IMG/VR virus record: IMGVR_UViG_3300001528_000208
Coordinates: 32,001-96,000 of that record
Source: a virus
Taxonomy: Duplodnaviria > Caudoviricetes
Reading direction: 5' to 3' (one strand)
DNA: 64,000 nt
The notes under the pieces were generated by a model, which did not search any database, had not been told where the DNA came from, and saw nothing but the letters and a program-made list of their open reading frames with translations. Of this stretch, positions 56,347 to 63,944 are shown one piece after another (the stretch's first letter is position 1; each line of letters begins with the position of its first letter). A program made the translations under genes and the position numbers.

Positions 56347-56598
56347 ATGAATAAAGAAGATATTGCATATCACTTCAAACGCGCCGGTTGCCGTGTGCCC
56401 GGATTTGGAAATGGATGCCACACTTGTCCAATTCGCAAGAAACTTGGGCGGTGTTGTTCGTATGACAAACACGACGAAACCATTAACGTCGGCAAACTTC
56501 TATATCACACGGATAAGAAATACCGCGAAAGCATAAACACCGAAATCAAAGAACATCCAGATTTTCGACCGTATGTATGCGGTTGTCGAATCGTCTAA
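56347..56598 (+). CDS. Small Cys-rich protein, C-terminus CRIV
   Basis: GCHTCPI. Confidence 0.65.
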   Translation: MNKEDIAYHFKRAGCRVPGFGNGCHTCPIRKKLGRCCSYDKHDETINVGKLLYHTDKKYRESINTEIKEHPDFRPYVCGCRIV

Positions 56599-56617
56599 AA
56601 AAGAAAGGAAGAAAACT

Positions 56618-57235
56618 ATGAATCTGAAAGAATCTTTCCGCTATGCGTCCTACCTTGAAACCCTTGCATCCAACGCTTCTGGAAATCTGCGTCTTTCCAC
56701 ACACGCCCTGACCACAACCAAAATCCATCGCAAGTCTGCTGTTGACCCCGAAGCCAAGGACATTACTGAAACCGTTGACAACGGCGATTTCGTTGCGAAT
56801 AACGACCTTATCCGCTTCTTGCAGTTCGTTATCGCCGAACGCGACAAGCTGGGCAAGGCAATCACCGCCGCGAAGAATAACTGCGGCTTTGACATTGACA
56901 ATGCGGTCGCCGTAAACAAGATGCGTCAGCGCGTTGCCGATGATATCAAGCGTATGCTGTCCTATAAGGCAAGCAAGACCAAGAATATCGCCAATGGCTA
57001 TCGTTTCAACGTGGCTGGCGACCAGACTTCCTATCGCTACGAAGTGGAAATCGTCGACGAAGAAAACTTTGACCGCAAGGCGTCTAAGGCTGTCATGACC
57101 GCCATGCTGGAAGAATCTGATGCGACTTCTGCTGAAATTGACCGTGTTCTTGTCACGACCAACGTTGACTTCATGCCGCATTTTAGTGTGAATGACAGTT
57201 TCGACGATGCTGTTGAATCGTACTTAAAAATGTAA
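56618..57235 (+). CDS. Conserved-looking helical hypothetical protein preceding ncRNA-3
   Basis: MNLKESFRY...YRFNVAGDQTSY.Y; strong RBS AAAGGA. Confidence 0.8.
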   Translation: MNLKESFRYASYLETLASNASGNLRLSTHALTTTKIHRKSAVDPEAKDITETVDNGDFVANNDLIRFLQFVIAERDKLGKAITAAKNNCGFDIDNAVAVNKMRQRVADDIKRMLSYKASKTKNIANGYRFNVAGDQTSYRYEVEIVDEENFDRKASKAVMTAMLEESDATSAEIDRVLVTTNVDFMPHFSVNDSFDDAVESYLKM

Positions 57236-57251
57236 AGCGGGTTTTGCCCGC

Positions 57252-57676
57252 TTGCTTCTGGTGGTAAATTAGCGCGAAACTACACGAAACGCCTGCAAAC
57301 GCGCAGTTTGTAGCACCATAGCGATATGGTCGCTTGTAGAAGTTTGATATGCCACTTAAAATTTTTAAGTGGCGTGGATAATATATACTAAAACAATCAA
57401 AGCCTTTCTGGCTTGCTGAAGGTCGCTTCGCATAACGACATTCACCTAACACAATTACCTGATTCCATTATCCATAAACACGAAACACCACCTGTCGGAC
57501 GGAACATTTATCGCGTAATCACGCAAAGCACCGACCGTCTTGGCATCCTCTGGGCTAATTACCCAGCTCCAATGCTTAATGGATGAAATTGGTAAGTGCA
57601 AATTACCATCTATCAATGCCGATTTATTCGGCACTATTTTCGTGTTCTTTCTGCGGCTTCTTGCCGCCAGAAGCAA
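57252..57676 (+). ncRNA. Putative structured ncRNA-3 (~425 nt)
   Basis: 16-bp terminal helix TTGCTTCTGGTGGTAA/TTGCCGCCAGAAGCAA with two G-U pairs on the + strand; internal hairpins; no credible ORF. Confidence 0.7.
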
Positions 57677-57708
57677 ACGGGTAAACGCCAACTTTAGTGA
57701 GGTGTAAT

Positions 57709-58035
57709 ATGAACATAAATGCAATCAAAGGTGTTATCAGAGAAAATCCGCGCGTCATACTATATTTCGGTTCTGATTGCGAATCGTTCATTGCTGTCAC
57801 TAAGGCAACAGGCGGATTTATCCCAGCCCACATAAAAGGTTACACTGAACTTTGCCTATTGTATGCTAATGGCAAATATGATGGTTTCAACCGTGATGGT
57901 AGCATCGAGTTTTTCAAGATGGATTTTTCTACCAAGACTGCATATTATAAACGTTGGGTCGGACTTAATCGCGACCAAGAAGATGAATGGTTGCTGGTGG
58001 ACTTGTCTCACGAAAGAAGGGCGCGAATTGTATGA
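57709..58035 (+). CDS. Hypothetical protein (IYFG..DG family), C-terminus ARIV
   Basis: Paralog of 61215 and 61532. Confidence 0.7.
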   Translation: MNINAIKGVIRENPRVILYFGSDCESFIAVTKATGGFIPAHIKGYTELCLLYANGKYDGFNRDGSIEFFKMDFSTKTAYYKRWVGLNRDQEDEWLLVDLSHERRARIV

Positions 58036-58280
58036 ATTGGATTCGAATAACAGCCAAAAGTCAAAAAGACATTCGCGTTGGTGATTTCGTCAGGACGATA
58101 TATTTCAGTAACACCCTATATAAAGTTCTTTCAATCGAATATGTCGATGATGAAATGTATCTTATGGTTGGCGTTTCTGATAAACATGGCGCAGTGGACG
58201 AAAGATGTATTTACGCCCGTCAACACATAAAATATTTTGGCACCTATTCACCACAGAACAGAAAAGCGCAGGTGATTTGA
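58032..58280 (+). CDS. Small SH3/KOW-like protein, C-terminus AQVI
   Basis: IRVGDFV...YKV. Confidence 0.65.
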   Translation: MNWIRITAKSQKDIRVGDFVRTIYFSNTLYKVLSIEYVDDEMYLMVGVSDKHGAVDERCIYARQHIKYFGTYSPQNRKAQVI

Positions 58281-58501
58281 TGGATTTTCATGTTGGTCAA
58301 AAAGTTATCATAGACAGCGACGATACCGAGTATCTTGAAGACCGTGCTGTTGATAATGGCATGGTCGGTGTAGTCATTCACATTTATGAAGGCAGACGCT
58401 TCCCAATCAAGATAAAGGTTGATAGCCACATCGCGCCTGTCGAATGTTGCTTCAAGCCGGACGAACTGAAACCCGCGCCCGACTGTGCAAAAATTATTTA
58501 G
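58280..58501 (+). CDS. Small SH3/KOW-like protein, C-terminus AKII
   Basis: FHVGQKV...GMVGVV...F..DEL. Confidence 0.7.
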   Translation: MDFHVGQKVIIDSDDTEYLEDRAVDNGMVGVVIHIYEGRRFPIKIKVDSHIAPVECCFKPDELKPAPDCAKII

Positions 58502-58534
58502 ACGCCGAAAGGCGTCTTTTCTTTTGCAAAAATA

Positions 58535-58565
58535 TTGACAAATTGTGAACAAAATGTTACAATAT
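58535..58565 (+). promoter_or_regulatory. SigA-type promoter, identical 31-bp copy at 60479
   Basis: TTGACAAATTGTGAACAAAATGTTACAATAT. Confidence 0.8.
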
Positions 58566-58592
58566 TATTACAATAAGAAAGGCGGTGTGCAA

Positions 58593-58829
58593 ATGAAACC
58601 AAAAATCTTTCGCTGGTTCGTCTACAAATACGAAAACGGCAAGTTCAGCGTCAGCACAATGCACCAGTCACAGAACGCGGCGAATATTTGCGCAGGCGAC
58701 GCGATTGATGATATTTGCGAAGCGCATGGCTATAAGCGCAGGTTCAACGACACGGGTGAAGTTCAGGCATATATCGCGTCCGATGGCGATAAAATCGTCA
58801 CAGCGCGACTGGTAAAGCGGGTGTTCTAA
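58593..58829 (+). CDS. Hypothetical protein
   Basis: RBS AAGGCGGTG. Confidence 0.65.
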   Translation: MKPKIFRWFVYKYENGKFSVSTMHQSQNAANICAGDAIDDICEAHGYKRRFNDTGEVQAYIASDGDKIVTARLVKRVF

Positions 58830-59044
58830 TGAATTATCTTTATAGGGTTAATCAGCGCGTTCGGATTGTAGACAATACTGCAATCCATCACTACGCCCCA
58901 CTTGGGCAGGTTGCAAAAATAAAAAGTCTTACATCGTGGGGCAACAGGGAAGCATATATTGTCACCTGTAAAACAACAAACGGAAAACCTGCACAGGTAA
59001 TTATCGAGCACGACCTGCGTCCAGCGGGTGCGGAGGTGGTGTAA
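58829..59044 (+). CDS. Small SH3/KOW-like protein, C-terminus AEVV
   Basis: V.IV.NT..HHYA...Q.I...DLRP; paralog of 59315. Confidence 0.7.
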   Translation: MNYLYRVNQRVRIVDNTAIHHYAPLGQVAKIKSLTSWGNREAYIVTCKTTNGKPAQVIIEHDLRPAGAEVV

Positions 59045-59045
59045 C

Positions 59046-59318
59046 ATGAATATTCCCGACAGTAATGCGCTTGATGCAATCACGGATTGCCTTTGCAGGG
59101 TATATCGCGCAGAAAAAGGCGGCGTCGGTTGTCTTGATTGTCCGTTGCATAAAATAAAAACCAGACATGGTGGCACCATTTGTTCGCTTTATGTTGGTAA
59201 TGACGAAGAAAGACTGGAACTTTTGCAAGCCTGCATTAAGCACGGCAACGCAACTATATTCAAAGATTTGTCGCCAGAATATAAACAATTTGTGACAAGG
59301 ACGGTGACAGTAGTATGA
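59046..59318 (+). CDS. Small Cys-rich protein, C-terminus VTVV
   Basis: LC.......GCLDCPL. Confidence 0.7.
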   Translation: MNIPDSNALDAITDCLCRVYRAEKGGVGCLDCPLHKIKTRHGGTICSLYVGNDEERLELLQACIKHGNATIFKDLSPEYKQFVTRTVTVV

Positions 59319-59524
59319 ATGAATTTCATGTTGGACAAAAGGTGAAAATCGTTGGGAACACACACGAAATTCATTACGCAATTATCCCGCAGATTGGCGA
59401 AATCGTCCGTGCGGGATACCGCGATTGCCGCGTAAAATGTAAAACAATAAATAGTGGTAATAACACGACCACGCAAACAATTTACACTTGCGACTTGCGC
59501 CCAATCGGTGCTGAAATAATTTAA
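59315..59524 (+). CDS. Small SH3/KOW-like protein, C-terminus AEII
   Basis: FHVGQKVKIVGNT..IHYA. Confidence 0.7.
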   Translation: MNEFHVGQKVKIVGNTHEIHYAIIPQIGEIVRAGYRDCRVKCKTINSGNNTTTQTIYTCDLRPIGAEII

Positions 59525-59539
59525 TGGAGGACTAAAAAA

Positions 59540-59935
59540 ATGACTGTATCAAATCAAATCATCGCGGTTCTTGATGCCATCTGCGAAAAATTCGGCATCG
59601 TAATCGACTGGACGGCAAGCAACATCATGCCGTATCTGCAAGACCTGTGTAAACGCATCATCACCTATGAAATTGCCACTTCTGTCGCATGGATTATTTT
59701 GCAAGTCGTCGTCGTTCTTCTTGCATTTTACATCCGCAACAAGAAAATCAAACCACTTTCGGAAGAAGAAGGCGACAACTATTTCTTAGTTATCGCCACT
59801 GTTGCCTGCGTTATCATCGCCGCAATCGCCCTTATTATTGTTTGTGTTCAGGTGGTTGATATTATCAAGGCGTTGACTATTCCCGAAATCACGATTTACA
59901 AGTTCGCCAAACCGTTTCTGAAAGGCGGGTGCTAA
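59540..59935 (+). CDS. Membrane protein
   Basis: Two TM segments; RBS GGAGG. Confidence 0.75.
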   Translation: MTVSNQIIAVLDAICEKFGIVIDWTASNIMPYLQDLCKRIITYEIATSVAWIILQVVVVLLAFYIRNKKIKPLSEEEGDNYFLVIATVACVIIAAIALIIVCVQVVDIIKALTIPEITIYKFAKPFLKGGC

Positions 59936-59936
59936 C

Positions 59937-60284
59937 ATGACCATTCTTGAAATTCTATTCATTCTTCTGCTGGTGCTTATCTTCCTGTGGTTTATGGTCA
60001 ACATCTTTGACTTCACCAAGATTTCGCTTAATGCGAAAACAGCGCGTCGCCTTGGCGATTTAAGTATCAAGCTGAACGATTGGGACGAACAGCGACAGGC
60101 GTATGGCGCGTTAAACTCAAGAATCCATGCCGATGCAAGCATGGGAATGAAATGCACCAAGACATACGTCAAGCGTGAATATGCCGACCTTTTTGAAAAG
60201 CGATTAACGCGGCGCGGTTTTCAGGTTGAACAGGATGATTACTACGCATTTTCGTCCCAAATTAGACTTATTATATCGTGGTGA
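59937..60284 (+). CDS. Membrane-anchored hypothetical protein
   Basis: N-terminal TM; ends IISW; terminator at 60284-60311. Confidence 0.7.
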   Translation: MTILEILFILLLVLIFLWFMVNIFDFTKISLNAKTARRLGDLSIKLNDWDEQRQAYGALNSRIHADASMGMKCTKTYVKREYADLFEKRLTRRGFQVEQDDYYAFSSQIRLIISW

Positions 60285-60478
60285 AGGCGGGATAAACCCG
60301 CCTTCTTTTTTGTTGTTTACAAAATAGTCACAATTTCCAAATCGCGCATAAATGCGTTCTAAGCGCGTTTAAGATAGGGTGCATACTTTTACCACCGCGC
60401 GCCTAAAAGCGCGTACAGCGCGTTCTACGGGCATTTATAGCGGTTTTATCGCGTCCGGTCGGGTAAATCGCGCAAGGC

Positions 60479-60509
60479 TTGACAAATTGTGAACAAAATG
60501 TTACAATAT
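60479..60509 (+). promoter_or_regulatory. SigA-type promoter, identical copy of 58535
   Basis: TTGACAAATTGTGAACAAAATGTTACAATAT. Confidence 0.8.
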
Positions 60510-60561
60510 GGGTACAACAGGGAAGATAGCATCTTCAATTTATCTGTTGTTGGAGTACAAT

Positions 60562-60741
60562 ATGAACACGATTGATTATGAATATAGCCAGTATCTTCTG
60601 CGCTACGGTAAATTCATCACTGATGATTTTGTAGGTAACGCGCGAATCAGAATTATCCGCGCACCATTCAGCGGACTGCGGTATCATAAGATGGTGAACG
60701 GCGAAGTGGTGAAACTGGTCAATTTAACTTCGGCAGAATAA
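60562..60741 (+). CDS. Small hypothetical protein
   Basis: RBS GGAG after a structured leader. Confidence 0.6.
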   Translation: MNTIDYEYSQYLLRYGKFITDDFVGNARIRIIRAPFSGLRYHKMVNGEVVKLVNLTSAE

Positions 60742-60750
60742 GGTGAAACT

Positions 60751-61008
60751 ATGGATAGAAATATTGTTCTGGAAATTGAGCAGGCATTCTGCGACCATTA
60801 TAATACAAACTGCGATAGGTGTCCAATTAGCAAATACAAAATAGCGGAAGATTTGGCGATGTGTCACTATGCCTTTAACAAGGAATCTACTGAAGAACAA
60901 GTGAATATATTCGTCAACCTTGCGCGTTGGCATTGGAATCACAAGTGGACGCAGGAACTTAGCAATAAGGCAAGAAGAATTATTGGAATAAGGGCGAAGG
61001 TGGTTTGA
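60751..61008 (+). CDS. Small Cys-rich protein, C-terminus AKVV
   Basis: FC.....CDRCPI. Confidence 0.7.
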   Translation: MDRNIVLEIEQAFCDHYNTNCDRCPISKYKIAEDLAMCHYAFNKESTEEQVNIFVNLARWHWNHKWTQELSNKARRIIGIRAKVV

Positions 61009-61218
61009 ATGAAGGTTAAGAAGGGCGACCGTGTGAAAATTGTTGCCAACCACAGCGGACACCAATTCAAGATTGGAACCGTTGTTGAAATTCGCAGCGG
61101 GGACAAAGGCGGTCTTTCTGCTTGGGAACCAAACCATAAACACATGAACCACGGACACGGCGGTTTCTGGTGGATTCGCGAAAATGATTTTATTCCGACA
61201 AAGGTGACGATACTATGA
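61009..61218 (+). CDS. Small SH3/KOW-like protein, C-terminus VTIL
   Basis: KKGDRVKIVANHSGHQFKIG.VV. Confidence 0.7.
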   Translation: MKVKKGDRVKIVANHSGHQFKIGTVVEIRSGDKGGLSAWEPNHKHMNHGHGGFWWIRENDFIPTKVTIL

Positions 61219-61535
61219 CGACCGAACAGATTTTACAAAAGATTAAGCGTAGAATACGAACCTTAATTTATTTTGGCGACAATATCGCACAATTTCAGGA
61301 AGTTGCCGAAGCGATTTATCCTGACTATGCCGACAGGCTTATGGAACAAATCAGCGAATATAATGATGGAACAGAATTTCAACTTGTGCTTCGCACTTTT
61401 CATGGTAGATTCGACGGCTGGAACGTTGAAGATAGCTTGGAATGTTATCGCATACATCTTGAACGGGACACATGCGCCCATAGATATGGTGCGTTTATTA
61501 ACGCGACGAAGGTAAAACGGGCGGTGATACTGTGA
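61215..61535 (+). CDS. Hypothetical protein (IYFG..DGWN family), C-terminus AVIL
   Basis: Paralog of 61532. Confidence 0.7.
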   Translation: MTTEQILQKIKRRIRTLIYFGDNIAQFQEVAEAIYPDYADRLMEQISEYNDGTEFQLVLRTFHGRFDGWNVEDSLECYRIHLERDTCAHRYGAFINATKVKRAVIL

Positions 61536-61861
61536 CAACACAACAAATTATATCTGCAACCAAGAAATGTTATTCGACTGTGATTTACTTCGGCAAGGAT
61601 ATGGAACAGTTTCGCGAAATTCTGCCACGACTTAAATACGTTCGCGGCTATACATACGATGGCATCCTAAGAAACTTAGACGCCTACATTGCTGATGGTG
61701 GCAAAATCGACCTTGTTATTCGCACGGTTGGCGGGTACTTTGATGGCTGGAATTGTTCCAAAAGCGTCGGATTCTACAATATTAACTTTGACACAGGAAC
61801 CTGTCGTCTTACAAACACCACGGTGATTGACGCCAGCAGAAGGACGGTGAAAATTCTATGA
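61532..61861 (+). CDS. Hypothetical protein (IYFG..DGWN family), C-terminus VKIL
   Basis: Paralog of 61215. Confidence 0.7.
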   Translation: MTTQQIISATKKCYSTVIYFGKDMEQFREILPRLKYVRGYTYDGILRNLDAYIADGGKIDLVIRTVGGYFDGWNCSKSVGFYNINFDTGTCRLTNTTVIDASRRTVKIL

Positions 61862-62097
61862 CTAAACGCGAAGCAGCAACCAGCATTATATGCTACTGGA
61901 ATAATTGTCGTAGGGATTGTCCGCTGTGGAACCACGCGCGCAACAGTTGTTCTTGCGAGTTTTATTCTGTCGCGGAATTGCTTAGGATTGCACGCAAGGA
62001 ATATGCGCGGAAATCAAGCGATGTAAGGTGTGGCAAAGAATATCGGCAGATGGTGGAAAATGAGTGGAAGAAGATTGGCGGTGCAATAATTCTATGA
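61858..62097 (+). CDS. Small Cys-rich protein, C-terminus AIIL
   Basis: IC....CRRDCPL. Confidence 0.7.
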   Translation: MTKREAATSIICYWNNCRRDCPLWNHARNSCSCEFYSVAELLRIARKEYARKSSDVRCGKEYRQMVENEWKKIGGAIIL

Positions 62098-62294
62098 TGT
62101 TGAAAGTCGGGGAGACCGTCAAAATCGACGTGGATATGGCAGAACGCTTCAACGTTTCGTTCATTGCTACAGTAAAACAGGTGGATGAAAACGATAAAGA
62201 TTTCACATATCTATTACGTTTGTCTGACGGAAGAGATATCTGGTTTATGAATGAAGATGTGATACCGGCAAAAGCATTATCAAAAGTCGTCTAA
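62094..62294 (+). CDS. Small SH3/KOW-like protein, C-terminus SKVV
   Basis: LKVGETVKI...WF..EDV. Confidence 0.7.
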   Translation: MMLKVGETVKIDVDMAERFNVSFIATVKQVDENDKDFTYLLRLSDGRDIWFMNEDVIPAKALSKVV

Positions 62295-62374
62295 CGCTTG
62301 ACAAAACCATTGTAATTTGCTATTATATCATTAGCGGCGGGGAAGTCCCCAATCTATGCCGCGCGGAGTACATT

Positions 62375-62647
62375 ATGAAAATTGTAACTTTTGGCGAAAT
62401 CAAGAACGGCAATTACATTTTCGATGTTGTCGAATTTGATGAAGCCGACGCAAAAATCACCAACGGATTCAGACCAACAGAAGATGGCACCGAACCATAT
62501 CCCACGCTTCGCATCACAAAATATAGGGTGGTCGGTCAGATTTCTGCCGAAGAAGTGCCTGTGGACAATCGCATGGAATGTGGCGTAACGCTGGTTCGCG
62601 GCGCGATGGAAAGCGTCACCTTTACTTGTTTTAGAATGGCGGTGTAA
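62375..62647 (+). CDS. Hypothetical protein
   Basis: Promoter at 62298-62326; structured leader. Confidence 0.65.
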   Translation: MKIVTFGEIKNGNYIFDVVEFDEADAKITNGFRPTEDGTEPYPTLRITKYRVVGQISAEEVPVDNRMECGVTLVRGAMESVTFTCFRMAV

Positions 62648-62649
62648 GG

Positions 62650-63039
62650 ATGTATTATATTAAGTTTGACTGTTCTGGCAATGCCACAATCTATGAATTT
62701 GAAAAGAAAATGCACGCCATTTGTGGAACATTTGTTCTTGTGAATCGCCTTGTTTCATCAGAGACTGGGTGCGCATCTGAACTTCTGCCGAAACGCGGAA
62801 TTGTGCCCGTATCCGACAAAACAGAAACCGTCAACTTCGCCAGCGTCGAATATAACATCGAAGGCTGGTGTGGACTTTACGGTGAAGGATTTGATGGTTC
62901 TACGTCTATCGCGAATTACAAGCTGAATGATATGACACCCGCCAAAAAGACGGATAAGATGTTTACAGTCGTACACGAGCCCATTGGTGTCTATCGCTTC
63001 ACTCCTCCAATCGCGTATTTTGCGGAAAGATTAAGGTGA
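62650..63039 (+). CDS. Hypothetical protein
   Basis: ORF within an operon. Confidence 0.6.
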   Translation: MYYIKFDCSGNATIYEFEKKMHAICGTFVLVNRLVSSETGCASELLPKRGIVPVSDKTETVNFASVEYNIEGWCGLYGEGFDGSTSIANYKLNDMTPAKKTDKMFTVVHEPIGVYRFTPPIAYFAERLR

Positions 63040-63043
63040 CATT

Positions 63044-63256
63044 ATGAGTTATGCAGAACACATGGCGGCGCTGTATCGCCAAGGCACAATTATCAACCAG
63101 AAGCATCGCATCAACGAAAACGGCGAAGCTGTTACGATGTTCACAATCCGCATGAACCACGTCTACGACAATCTGACGTCGGGCTACTGTGACGGTCTTT
63201 ACCATGTAACAACGGTCAACGGTAGGTTTGCTGGCGCCAAGCGCGTCTATGTGTAA
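63044..63256 (+). CDS. Hypothetical protein
   Basis: RBS AAGGTGA. Confidence 0.6.
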   Translation: MSYAEHMAALYRQGTIINQKHRINENGEAVTMFTIRMNHVYDNLTSGYCDGLYHVTTVNGRFAGAKRVYV

Positions 63257-63267
63257 AGGAGTATAAT

Positions 63268-63549
63268 ATGATTCAATTTATTATCGCCGTTCTGGCGCTT
63301 ATCCTTCTTTACTGCATCGTTTTATGGCTTGTCGGCATCGTTGAAAACGCCGACGAAAAAACAGTCATGTGCCTGCGGACGTTCTACCGTCTGCTGAAAA
63401 ACAACAAGGTGTTTGACATTGATATGTTGTCTGGTATTGGCTACTATAATCAAGGTGGCTACCGCGATTGGGTCATGCCGCGCTGGTCTTGGTATCCGAT
63501 TTTCGTCGCATTCCTTATTGGTAGCGCTTTTCACAAGGATGTAATTTGA
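63268..63549 (+). CDS. Membrane protein
   Basis: RBS AAGGAG; hydrophobic termini. Confidence 0.65.
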   Translation: MIQFIIAVLALILLYCIVLWLVGIVENADEKTVMCLRTFYRLLKNNKVFDIDMLSGIGYYNQGGYRDWVMPRWSWYPIFVAFLIGSAFHKDVI

Positions 63550-63665
63550 TATGCAGGCGCGGTGGAATAATTTTTCACCGCGCTTGACAATTTTATATAG
63601 GCGTGCTATACTATAATTACAGCAGGAAAGGGAAGCCTTTAATTTATCTGCTGTCGGGGTACATC

Positions 63666-63944
63666 ATGGATATTATTGCCGCTTACAATCGCGCGCCAGC
63701 ACAGACGGTGTGCGATGTCTACAAGAAACCATCTGTTGCAAAGAAAACCATCGAGCGCATGATTCTGCAAGAAATGAAAGGCTGCAATGGCTGGGGTTAC
63801 AAGGTGATTTATCATACCTGTCAGCATTTTACCGCTGGATATTTATACGCCAATGGTTATACTGGCGAAATCGTTCTGCGCGTTCATAAACCGCATTACA
63901 CGACTGACATGGAATGGCATCGTACCGATGCAACGGTGGTTTAA
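63666..63944 (+). CDS. Hypothetical protein, C-terminus ATVV
   Basis: Promoter at 63584-63612; structured leader; VYKKPS.AK motif. Confidence 0.65.
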   Translation: MDIIAAYNRAPAQTVCDVYKKPSVAKKTIERMILQEMKGCNGWGYKVIYHTCQHFTAGYLYANGYTGEIVLRVHKPHYTTDMEWHRTDATVV

